A stretch of 64,000 bases of DNA from Camelus ferus (lineage: Eukaryota): contig NC_045696.1 in NCBI RefSeq assembly GCF_009834535.1, positions 110,362,001 through 110,426,000 of the forward strand, written 5' to 3'. Positions 52,960 to 64,000 of this stretch are shown piece after piece (position 1 is the stretch's first letter; every line of letters begins with the position of its first letter). The notes beneath the pieces are model-generated. The model was not told the DNA's origin. It searched no databases and saw nothing but the letters and a program-made list of their open reading frames with translations. Position numbers and translations under genes: made by a program.

Positions 52960-53300
52960 ATGGATTGGTCAGGGTGTAGGTTAAAAAGAACCTAAAATAT
53001 AGGGGCTTAAATAAGACAGAAATCTATTTCTTATGTGGTATTCCAGACACTTTGGAGGTGTCTCTACATTCTCAGTATATAGTGTTCACTTATGGATGGG
53101 TCATCTCCCAGTCAGCAGTGTGGAGAGAGAGAGTGGTGGCAAAGATTTTTCTTTTTAAGGTGTGACCCAGAAACCACACACATCACTGTTGGTTATATTC
53201 CATTGTCCAAAATGTAGTCATGTGGTCACATCTAACAGCAAGGGAGTCTGGGAAATGTAGTCTCTATCTAGATCGACATACGCCCAGTTAAAATTGTGGG
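52960..53300 (-). mobile_element. Old MLT1-type LTR
   Basis: ggcttaaataagacagaa..ccattgtccaaaatgtagtcatgtggtcacatctaacagcaagggagtctgggaaatgtagtct. Confidence 0.7.
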
Positions 53301-54322
53301 GAAGTAGTTTGTTACTAAAAGGAAGCAGGATAGAATGGATATTGAGGAATAATGAGTAATTTATATTTGCTACTCTCTATTACATAGATTTCTATTATAG
53401 TTAAAAAATAAAACTTGGCTTTCCATTTCTGATCCCCCTTCCTACTCACAAAGAATTGCATATGGCAAGCAACTTGAAGGGCTAGCAGATAAGATTTTGA
53501 AGGCAGATGACCATGCCTTCTTCATCTGTACAATTTCAGAACTTCACACAGAATTATCCTCAATAAATGTTTATCAAAGTGAGCAATCATAATCACTACG
53601 AAAGCCCTCATCTGGGTTAAACCCCTTTTGTAACGTGGACTGTGGACTTCCCAGTTTTAATGAGCAGTGCTATAACATGTGTATGACACTGTTGGCTTTA
53701 CTTACCAGATGATCCAGTAGGTTGCACAGTGAAGCACAGTGAAGTATGTTCTTGGTGTATGGTATTTTTGAGCAGAAAAGAGTAAAATCTTATTTAAAAA
53801 AAGAAAAAAGCCTGCCTCTCAAAGCAGTGTCATATTCTCTCAAGTTGACTCATTAAACTGAACATGAGAACCTTAACTTTAAAAATGTTTACCATTCATT
53901 TTCTTGGAAGTCAGAGGAAACTTAATCAGAAGTAGCCATTGGAAACCATAGCTTGGTCTACGTGGCATTGTGGTAATGTCCTATCAACCCTCTTTCTCTA
54001 TAACTAGTTCCAGAATGGAACTAGTTTTCTGAGGTTGGGAAACCAACTGAAAGTTTTCACAGAATCTCAGATCTCAGATTCTTCCAGGTATGAGTGGTTG
54101 CATAAGGTCAGTGGTCTAGGGGAAAACTGACTTAGCTACAAGCAGGAAGGAAATATACCTGGAAAACAGAAAAGAATTTCACATTATTGGGCATCTATCT
54201 GGTATCTGACATTGTGCCAGGGAATGATCTAATTTAGTTCTGATAACGCTTAAATGAGATAGGCTTTGTTATAGGAAGCTTCTTTTAAGGTCAAAGAAGG
54301 TCAGTAACTTATAAAAGATCGC

Positions 54323-54625
54323 TGTTGCACACTGGGTTGATAGGAAACAGACCCTGAGACAGAGATTTGTGTTCAGAAAATCTGTGGACTAGAATTCTCA
54401 GGATTAGTACCTGGAGGGGAAGGGAAGGAAGCAGGGATGGGCGAGGGGGGATTTGAGCTTCAATGCTATTACGACCCTTAAGAGTTGTCCCAAGTTGAGG
54501 TGAGGGGACTAGGATTTTATATTCCTGTGACAACTGGACACAGTCTAGCACTTGCAGCAGCTGGAGAGAATAAGTTCTTCAGTCCTGAATAGGGATCTGA
54601 GCGACACAACACAGATTCTGCTACA
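54323..54625 (-). mobile_element. LTR16-like ERVL LTR fragment
   Basis: ggaaacagaccctgagacagagatttgtgt..ggagggga agggaaggaagcaggga pattern. Confidence 0.65.
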
Positions 54626-54812
54626 GTCAGACAACTTGGACGTAACAGAGCCAGAATACAAACACAGCTCTGACGCCAAAGCCCAAGCACTCTTCCACTG
54701 CACTTGCCCCAACAGGCAATCAGCTAGTTGGTTACTTATACATTTTGCCATTTTAGAAAATGGCAAACAGGAAAATAAATTGCATGCTGGTTCTGGAAAT
54801 ATAGACGGTGTA

Positions 54813-56113
54813 TTTTTTTTTAATTGAAGTATAGATGGTTTACAATGTTGTGTTAATTTCTAGCATACAGTATAGTGATTCAGTTATACATATATTCCTT
54901 TTTAATTTTTTTTCATTATAGGCTATTACAAGATATTGAATATAGTTCCCTGTGCTGTACAGTAGGACCTTGTTGTTTTTATCTGTTTTATATATAGTAC
55001 TTGGTATCTTCAAATCCCAAACTCCCAGTTTATCCCTCCATGCCTCCTCCTCTCCCCTCTGGTAACCGTAAATTTGTTTTCTATGTCTGTGAGTCTGTTT
55101 CTCTGTTTCTGTTTTGTAAACGAGTTCATTTGTGTCTTTTTTTTTTTTTTTGATTCCACATATAAGTGATATCACATGGTATTTTCTTTCTCTTTCTGGC
55201 TTACTTCACTTAGTATGACAATCTCCAAGTCCATCCATGTTGTGGCAAATGGCATTATTTTACTCTTTTTAATGACTGAGTAATATTCCATTGCATACAT
55301 ATATCACAACTTCTTTATCCATTGTTGATGGACATTTAGGTTGCTTCAATTGTATTGTAAATAGTGCTGCTATGAACATTGGGGTGCATGTATCTTTTCA
55401 AATTAGAATTTTCTCTGGATATATGCCCAAGAATTGGATTGTTGGATAATAGGATAAGTCTATTTTTAGTTTTTTAAGGAATCTCCATACTGTTTTCCAT
55501 AATGGCTGCATCAAACTACATTCCCACCAGCAGTGTAGGAGGGTTCCCTTTTTTCTATACTCTCTCCAGCATTTATCATTTGTGGACTTTATAATGATGG
55601 CCTTTCTGACCAGTGTGAGGTGATACCTCATTGTAGTTTTGATTTGCATTTCTCTGATAATTAGCATCTTTTCATGAGCCTATTAGCCACTTGTATGTCT
55701 TCATTAGAAAAATGCTTGTTTAGACGTTCTGCCCATTTTTAGATTGGGTTTTTTTTTTTTTGTTAGTGAGTTGTATAAGCTGTTTGTGCATTCTGGAAAT
55801 TAAGCCCTTGTCAGTCACATCATTTGCAAATATTCTTCCATTCTGTAGGTTGTCTTTTCATTTTATTTATGGTTCCCTTTGCTGTGCAAAAGCTTATAAG
55901 TTTAATTAGGTCCCATTTGTTTATTTTTGCCTTTATTTCTATTGCCTTGGTAGACTACCCTAGGAGAACATTGCTATGATTTATATCAGAGAATGTTTTG
56001 CCTATGTTCTCTTCTAGGAGGTTTATGGTGTCATGTATTTTTGTGTCTGGTGTGAGGGAGCATTGTAATTTCATTGATTTACATGTGGCTGTCCAGCGTT
56101 CCCAATAACACTT
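54813..56113 (-). mobile_element. 5'-truncated young L1 (ORF2 3' part + 3'UTR)
   Basis: Poly(T)-aattgaagtatag at the left end; minus-strand ORF2 remnant [41 protein letters not shown]; possible degenerate TSD tagacggtgtat / tagacttggtat. Confidence 0.93.
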
Positions 56114-57137
56114 TAGACTTGGTATCTTACCTTATGAGAATTCTCCAAGTTTTATGTAGATAATTCAACCCTGGATCCATTCTTTTTTTTTAAGATTAAC
56201 AACTTTTTTAAGGTTATCCACAAAAATTTCCTAACTCTTAAACTCAATTCAATGAAAACAATAAGTATTCTAAAGACGTAAAACATACTCTATCTAGGCT
56301 GATTCATTAGATAATGTCCAAATACTTCATCTCAGAACTCTCTCAGAAATTGGCAATAACTGAGTAGCATAATTTGTGCTCAATGTGTGATATTTATTTT
56401 AAAATATATTTGATCACCTAAAGCCTACAGGTTAAGTACAGTTATTGGCTCAGAACTCCCAGGAGAAAAAGATGTATAAGGGTTCAGAAAGATTTAATGA
56501 AAGGCATATGCCTCTCATCTTGATGTGGAAGTCTGAAAATCATGGCTAAAATTTATCAGCCATGTTCTTCAACTTGAAAGTTACCATGATTGAGCCAAAG
56601 TAAAATCCATGGCAGATAAAGTATTCATCCATTCAGCAAGTATTTACAGAGGACCTAAGGTCTACAAGATTCAGTGTTAAGGACGCTAAGCACATGGCCA
56701 TGACTTAGCTCTTTCAGAGAAATTTGATCATCTTTCCAGCTGCATCATAATGATATCTTCTTGCTGCCTTGTTTTAGAAAAAAACAAGAATTCTAGGTAA
56801 CAAATGAAGCCAAATATCCTTGTCAAATGTTTTCATATATATATATATATAATTATATGTAATGTTTCATGTATGTTATACATATATAATTATATTTAAT
56901 GTTTAGATGGTATAAAATTCTGCAGTTTGTGATTAGGGAAATCAAAAGGCCTGCCATTTTTGTTACAATCTCCCTTTCAAGCCAGTGTAAGAAAAAACAA
57001 GTTATGTATTCCAACGTATACACTGAAAAAGATTAAAAATAAGATTTTTCACTTGTATATGGTATTATGTTGTAATTTAGTCCTGCCCTCCACCACATTA
57101 TCCTTGCCCCAGGCACTGAAATGTTTTCTTTCCTCTA

Positions 57138-57332
57138 GTGCAGTGGTTCTCATGGTGAGGTCCCTGGACCTGCAGGCATCAGCATCACCTGGGAACTTGT
57201 TAAAAATCCATATTATTGGGTCCCTCCACAAATTTACTAAATCAGAAACTCAGGGGGTGTGTGCCAGCAATATGTGTGTTAATAAGCCCGCCAGGTGATT
57301 CTGACACATGTTCATTTCAGAACCATGGTTGT
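57138..57332. mobile_element. MER5A-like hAT element
   Basis: cagtggttctca..catcagcatcacctgggaacttgttaaaaat..ccaggtgattctga. Similar copies lie near 4810, 31490, 34508, 46313 and 48735. Confidence 0.85.
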
Positions 57333-57989
57333 AGATTACACATTCAACTATGTTTTTCAATTTCCATTCAATAAATGTTTATTTGGAGTCATGTAATAAG
57401 TGCTACACACTTTTCAACCTTTGTCAATGGCACCCGTGCATCATGTGTCATTATTTAAAAAATATATTATATGATCTTGCACATTAAGTATGTTGGGCAC
57501 AGTTGTGTTTCCAGAAGCTCTCCAGGCAATTCTGATGCAAGCTCAAACCCGAGAGGCACTGCTCTAACTCATCACCCATTAGTCTTACCCAACACAGAAA
57601 CTGGTATGATCCACAGCAATAAATATAAATGTTGTGCTTATCTTTAAAGAACAAGAAGCAAACAAAGATCTAAGAATTCTTGGCAGCACAGAGCATCATT
57701 TTGCATTTCCAAGCAATAAAATGCATCAGCTAGAGTGGCTAATTCTGCATAAGCACTTGGGCTTAAGTCCCCATTCTTCAACCTCCTGGCTGTTGCTTCT
57801 CAGGAAATCATTTAATCTTTACAATAATTTGTTTCCTCATTTATAAAAGGAAGGCTTTGCCTCGGCCATCTTTATGGTGGCTTCCACTCTTAAGTTATGT
57901 GCTTCCAAGCATCTCTATCAATACCTATACTATTATCATTTTCAGAGATACCCATACTTTTTTTCTATTTCATGCTATTACTCAAACAC

Positions 57990-59286
57990 ATACCAAAACT
58001 CTTCGAACTGTTGTAAGAATACAACCCAATTAAAAAGCAAGCAAAGAGTCTGAAAAGATAGTTCTCCAAAGAAAATACACAAATGGCCAATAAGCACATG
58101 AAAAGATACTTGACATTACTAGCCATCAAGGAAATGAAATTCAAAACCACAACGAGATACTACTTCACATACAGCTCATGGGAACGTAGAATGGTGTAGC
58201 AGCTTTGGAAAACGGTGTAGCATTTTCCCAAAAGGTTAACCTAGACTTCCCATGTGACCCAGCAATTCCACTCCTAGGTAAATATCAAGAGAACTGAAAA
58301 CACATGTCTGTGCAAATGTTGATAGCAGCATTATTCACAATAGCCAAAAAGTGGCAACAATACAAACATCCATTAATGACAAATGTATAAATAAAATGTA
58401 ATATATTTACACAACGGAATATCCTCCAACAATGGAGGATGCATGTTACAATATGGATAAACCTCAAAAAATTATGGTAATTGAAAGAAGACAGTCCCAA
58501 AAGACTACATATTGTATGATTTTTGTGAACGAAAAATACTGCACGCCATATCAGTAAACAAAGAATGCTGAAGCCATCAAGTCAGCAGCTGCTGCCACCC
58601 CTCAGTGAAGACAAGCCTGCAGCCCGGCCTCTGCAGCCACTCACAATGGTGCACTCTGAGAGGACTCAGAATAAGAAAGGACAGGATACTGGCCCTAGAT
58701 AGCTAGGTGCTTGTCAAAAAAATGAATTCAACGAGCCCGAATGTTTCCTCCCTTCCATACAAAGAAAAGTGCTAAATACTTCAACTTGAGATGCCTGGTT
58801 TTCTTCAGTTAACAAGTATTCTCTTATTAATGTTCCAACTACCTGATCTTTGTTGTAAAACTCTTATATATCCTAGCTCCTCCCCTATCTCTTCGGAGCA
58901 GTCCCTCAGAGCCATCTGAGAGGCTGTCATCCCGGCTCCCTCCAGTTCTTCTGCCAAATAAAACATAACTCTCAATTTCCAGCCTGTGCATTTATTTCAG
59001 TCAACAGTTTCACTCACATGAAATGTCCAGAATAGGCAAATTCACAAAAATACGTAGATACAGAAAGTAGATATGTGGCTATGCAGGGCTGAAAAGGCTG
59101 AGGGGAAATTGAGGTGGGGGGGTGACTGTTAAAAGGTAAAGGGTTTCTTGGGAGTGATAAAAATGTTCTGAAATTGATTGTATTGTTGGTTGCACAGCCC
59201 TGAAGACCATTACATTGTACACTTTAAATGTGTGAGTTGTATGGTACGTGAATTATATCTCATTAAATCTGTTATCAAAAAATAAA
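57990..59286 (+). mobile_element. L1MB-type 3' region interrupted by a solo LTR
   Basis: caaatggccaataagcacatgaaaagat..gacccagcaattccactcctagg..attgtatgatt | LTR | catgaaatgtccagaataggcaaa..tgaattatatctc. Confidence 0.85.
58524..59006 (+). mobile_element. Solo ERV1-type LTR
   Basis: TG...CA termini (tgtgaac..agtcaaca), TATA-like ttatatat at ~58864, AATAAA at ~58957; splits a contiguous L1MB sequence. Confidence 0.82.
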
Positions 59287-60489
59287 AGCATATCAGAACA
59301 TTCTCTCCTGCTCCATTTCTCCCTAATTATAGCAAATGACAAAATGACCATCGGTGAGATACTAAACTAATGCCTTTATGAGCATAATAGTCTGGAATGA
59401 AGTACTATCCTTCTTATTCATTATTCATTATTATCTTATTCATTATTTTAATACTTAAGCAATGAATAGAATGCAGTGTAGATTGGTCAACTCATAATTC
59501 TATGTTACTTTTAGTCAAACCCAAACGCCTAACAAAAGGCATTTACAAAGATAAATGCTAGAAGCTGGCTCTCTTATTATTATTCTGGAAATGACCGTTA
59601 AAATTAATGGCACACTATGAAATGGGCATAAACAGGACATCCATAGAATGAGCAAACATTTCTCAATTCTTTCTTTAATCCTTGAATTCATTCAGTGTGA
59701 ATTCTAAAACTGAATGTGAGGAGGTTGCAAAAAGGAAACTTCCTCTCTTCTGAAGCTCACTGCCTTTTTAAGTTACACACACACAAACGGTGCTTTGAAA
59801 ACTTTTGCTAAATTATGCATATGAAAATAAACAACAATCTAGGAAGCAAATTCCTAAAAGACTACATTGATGAGGCTAATCACAATAATAAATTGGGCCT
59901 TATAGGGCACGTTGAACGTCTGTGGCAATTATCCCTACCCAGTTTCTTTGCTCAAGTTTCAGGTAGACCACAAAACATTCCTTGTGAAAGTCTCCATGGC
60001 TGATTTTTCCTTAATCAAATCAGGAATGCAAATTTCCTTTCCTAATAAATAGCACAGAGCCAGAGGACATGATTTTCATTATAGAAAGGATTATGGATGA
60101 TACATGAGGACATTTTAGAAATCTGGGCCAAATGGTATCTTAAGACATCAAGAGCTAGTAAGAATTTGTGTTATGTTCAACTGCATGTTACAGTAAAACA
60201 AACTCTTTAAGGTGTAAGAATATAAATAGTTGATTGCTGCTACTTAATTATGGCCTACCCTATCAAACTGACCAAAAATTCCATCTTCAGAGACTACTGC
60301 TTGTATAACTGTTATCATTTGAGGGAGTGAGGGGTTACTTTAAGAAGCTGAAATTGATGTAGTTTCTAACCTCATGAAAATATAAGCAGGCATATATTTT
60401 TGCGTATAACTGCATGAACGTACCCCAAGGGGGTTCCACAGATATAGTTTAAGAATCCAGGAAAACTTGGAAAAAAGAACCAGAGGTAC

Positions 60490-61140
60490 CATGACACGCC
60501 CATGGCTATAATGAAAAAACTCTGACACCACCAAATGTTAGCAAGGAAATGGAAAAACTGGAATTCTCACATACTTTAAGAAACCATTTGGCAGTTTCTT
60601 AAAAAGTTAAACATGCATATATTGACACAGTAATTCCACTTCTAGGTAATTACCTAAAAGATAGAAAGATACTTGTCTATACAAAGTCTTGTACAAGGCT
60701 GTCTTTAGCCTATTCTTAAGAGTTAAGAACTAGAAACAACCCAAATGGCCATTAATAGGAGCGTGGATTAATACACTGTAGTATATTCATACAGTGGAAT
60801 CTTATACAGAAAAAAAGAAAAGAATGTGTTCCTTATATCCACAATGTGGCTAAATTTCAAAAACATTATCCTGAAAAGGAAAGAAGCCAAACACAAGAAA
60901 ATACGAAGTTCTAAACAGGCAAAACTAATACACAGCAGTAGAAATCAGAAAAATGATTGTTTCTGAAGGGTGTGATGGACTAGAAGGGGGCACACAGGAT
61001 CTTTATGGGGTATTAGAAATGTTCTAAATCTTGATAGAAGGATGGGTTACACAGGTGTATACATTTGTCAAAACTGATTGAACTATATACTTAGGATGTC
61101 TGTGTTTCAGTTCATGTAAAATACACTTCAATAAACTACT
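60490..61140 (+). mobile_element. Old L1MC/MD-type 3'UTR
   Basis: tttggcagtttcttaaaaagttaaacat..aaatgttctaaatcttgat..tacatttgtcaaaact..cttcaataaa. Confidence 0.85.
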
Positions 61141-63424
61141 TTTTTAAAAGCAGATGAATTGTTAACAGATCTGTTAATAGATCTGTAAGTATTATTATCA
61201 GTAAGAGAATGTAGATTGTTTGCTTCATATTTAGGCAAATATTAGCAAAAACACTGGAAGAGGTGGAAAGTGTTGCTTCTTTAAATATAGAAACATTGTA
61301 TTTGAATGAAGCTGTAGACACACAGAAAAGATAACTCCTCTAGTAGAAATACGACTTCGTATTTTGTGCAGTTTATTTAGCATTTTTCTACATCTTCCAT
61401 TTGATTCTCATGGCAACCCCATGGGGGAGGCAGTATGATCAGCCCCCATTGTGTAGTTGAGGAAATGGAGATTCAGAGAGGTTGAGGGCTCTACCCAAAG
61501 TCACACAGTCCATTTCTGGCAGAGCGAGAGCCCAAACCCCTATTTTCTGAAGGTAGTTTAGTGCTCATTTTACCTTTACTCTTTTAGAGAGCAGAAAGTT
61601 ACAACAGCCAGAAACACATATGAGTTAGATTCTAGAATATGAATGTTATTTAGTGAATTAAAAAGTCAATATGTCTGATACACATCATTAAAAGCCTCTA
61701 ACCCCTTATTTTTAGGGCTCAGTAACCCCTTGTTTCAGGGCTTGTTTTTGGTCATACTTCATTGACCAAAAAAGTATGATCGGACCATGTCAACAGCTTG
61801 CTGGCTGGGTTAGTGTGAGTTTAGTGTCAAACTTCACTAATCATTTTAAGGATTCCTGTAATTAAGAGGCAGTGGTGAAGCAGGGAGGGGTCCAGTATCT
61901 GGAGTGTAGCTTCCCAGTTCCTCTTCCTGCATCAGATAGGTAGTCCCTGGCCCAGAGTAATTATGGGGTCTCCAAAGAGAGGTGTGGATGACTTCACACA
62001 CAGGGACACTTTCTGTGATAAATCATCTCCATTTTATACCCAGATCATTATAGACTTAAATGGAACCTCCAGGGAGCCATGATTCATAAATCCATAGACT
62101 CAAAATTAGTTTTCCATAAGCAAGACTAATTCAGGGTCGTTTCTGCTAAAAGCATTCCATAGATGGGGACTCTCCTGAAAGTCAGTCTCATTAGTTTATT
62201 TACCAGAGGCTGATCATCAGCATGTTTATAAGGAGATTACGTTGGGTCGCTTGCCTTCTTTGTCTCCCAAGAGTGTCCTCCTGGTTACAGGAGAGAAATG
62301 GAGGATAAGCTGGCTGCTTAACTTCTTCCCCCCAGGACTGAAATCCAAATGATACACCACAGACTGCAGTCCAACTCTGCCACACCTTAGTTATCAGAAT
62401 TTCTAACCATTAGGAGGCTTTTCATGAGGGACTGGAGAGCACAGAGCTGAGCAGAGCCATCCCAAGGACCAGGTCACCAGGCCATGATACTGGGAGTGAT
62501 TCACAGGAGTGAGTGAAGGAGGAACTCGTGCTACAAAAACAAAGAAATTAAATATTAGAGTCCACTTATTGAAGGTTCACTACCACAAGTTTATAAAGGA
62601 ATATTACCTTCATTTTACTGATGTGGGGCTGAGGCCCAGAGAGGTTAAGAAACTTGCCCAAGGTCACACAAGTGAGGAGCAAAGCCAAGAGTTAAATACA
62701 AAATTGTTCAAGGCCCAATCTCAATTTCACTGTCCCTCCACCCGTTTCTTTATCATGCTCTATGATGCCAAAGCTTGGACTCTGCCAACCAACATTTGGT
62801 TTTTGCAGCTGCTCACTGTGAGGCAATGTCAACGAGGGGCACTAGAGGGAGACTGCAAGGTCGGTGGAGGGAGAAAGGATGGGCTTTCTCCTGTTTGCTT
62901 CCTGTTCTTCAAAGCATCATCCTAGAACTGTCTCTTCACCCCAACATTAGTCGGCTCCTCCTGTAGCAGCAGCTGAATCCAGTGTGCAGTTTCTGTGACA
63001 TCTGTAAAACTAGCCTCAGAGACACCTGCACCAGCCAGCCTGGGCAACCTACTCAGGGTCTGGGTCCCAGCCCCCAGGACCATCCTTTGAGTTTCCAAGT
63101 TTCAATAATTCTAACTTCTCTCATCTGTTTTCCCCAAACCTAGGGGTGATGATTGCATCCTGCTATTATTACCTCTCTGATACCTTATTGTTGTCTTTTG
63201 ACTTTTTCAATTATGTGGTTAACAATTCTTTAAACTCCACTCCCCATTTGTGGCCTCCATTTGCCTCCATAAGGCAAAGTGGGTGGGACCCACTACCCCT
63301 TACACACTTCCTGTTTAGGTGAGCTTTAATTTGATTTGGGGCCTGGGATCCTAGGAGGGAAACTGAAGTTCACTCAGCTAGTGCCCTCCAGACCTTTTCG
63401 TCACTGCGTATTGTTAATTTGATA

Positions 63425-63930
63425 TATATTATTTTTCACCAACTCTATTAAGGTATGACTTATGGACCTACATCCCTTCAGAGGATACAATTTGATGCAT
63501 TTGACATGTGTATTCACCTGGGAAACCAGTGACACAATCAAGATTCAGAACATTGCTTCACCCTGCAGGCTTTCAATGTCCTTTTTCACCATCCCTCCCT
63601 CTACCCTGGACCCCAGTTGACCAACCACTAATCTGCTTTCTGTTGCTATTGACTAGTTTCCATTTTCTAGGATTTTATATAAATGGAATCATACAGTATG
63701 CAGTCTTTCATGTCTGGCTTCTTTCACTCAACATGCTTTTGAGATTCATCCATGTCGTTGCATTTATCAATTATTTAGTTCTTTTCATTGCTAAGTAATA
63801 ATCCATTGTACAGATGTAACATAGTTCATTTAGCCATTCAAATGCTGATTTGCATGTGGGTTAATTTCCAGTTTGGGGTTTTATGACTAAAGCTGCTATG
63901 AATATTTATGTATAAATCTTTTTGTAGTAA
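63425..63930 (-). mobile_element. Old L1MC/ME-type 3'UTR
   Basis: tttctaggattttatataaatggaatcatacagtatg..tttgagattcatccatgtcgttgc. Confidence 0.85.
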
Positions 63931-64000
63931 ATACTTGGGCATGAAGATACTTTTTCTTTTTTACATTTAAAAAATTTTAACCACTTTTAAATGAATTATA

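Noticed and set aside
1..64000. CRISPR arrays, operons or prokaryotic defence systems
   Set aside because: The sequence is mammalian; I saw no regularly spaced repeat-spacer array or gene-dense region.

Overview
Mammalian genomic DNA, repeat-rich and apparently intergenic or intronic. It is most likely camelid (alpaca/vicuna/camel): it carries a Vic-1-like tRNA-derived SINE and cetartiodactyl-type L1 3' ends, and I saw no ruminant Bov-tA/BovB or pig PRE1 SINEs. I cannot support any intact protein-coding gene; the ORF track is mostly chance ORFs or L1 ORF2 remnants. The only gene-derived sequence is a full-length processed RPL32 pseudogene (41080-41588). The rest is a mix of young L1 3' fragments, old L1M, L2, MIR, MER DNA transposons and MLT/ERV solo LTRs. 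Repeat family names are by eye from remembered consensus motifs and boundaries are approximate. The most interesting signals are retrotransposition events: (1) two ~93% identical copies of a chimeric L1 whose normal 3' end is replaced by an ancient L1M-type 3' end at the same junction; (2) an L1 3' transduction that splits a MIR; (3) a TSD-flanked, ORF-less L1 with an intact 5'UTR and an internal inversion; (4) a divergent pair of same-family ERV1 LTRs. A CCAAT/octamer-rich promoter-like patch lies near 10.2-10.7 kb.
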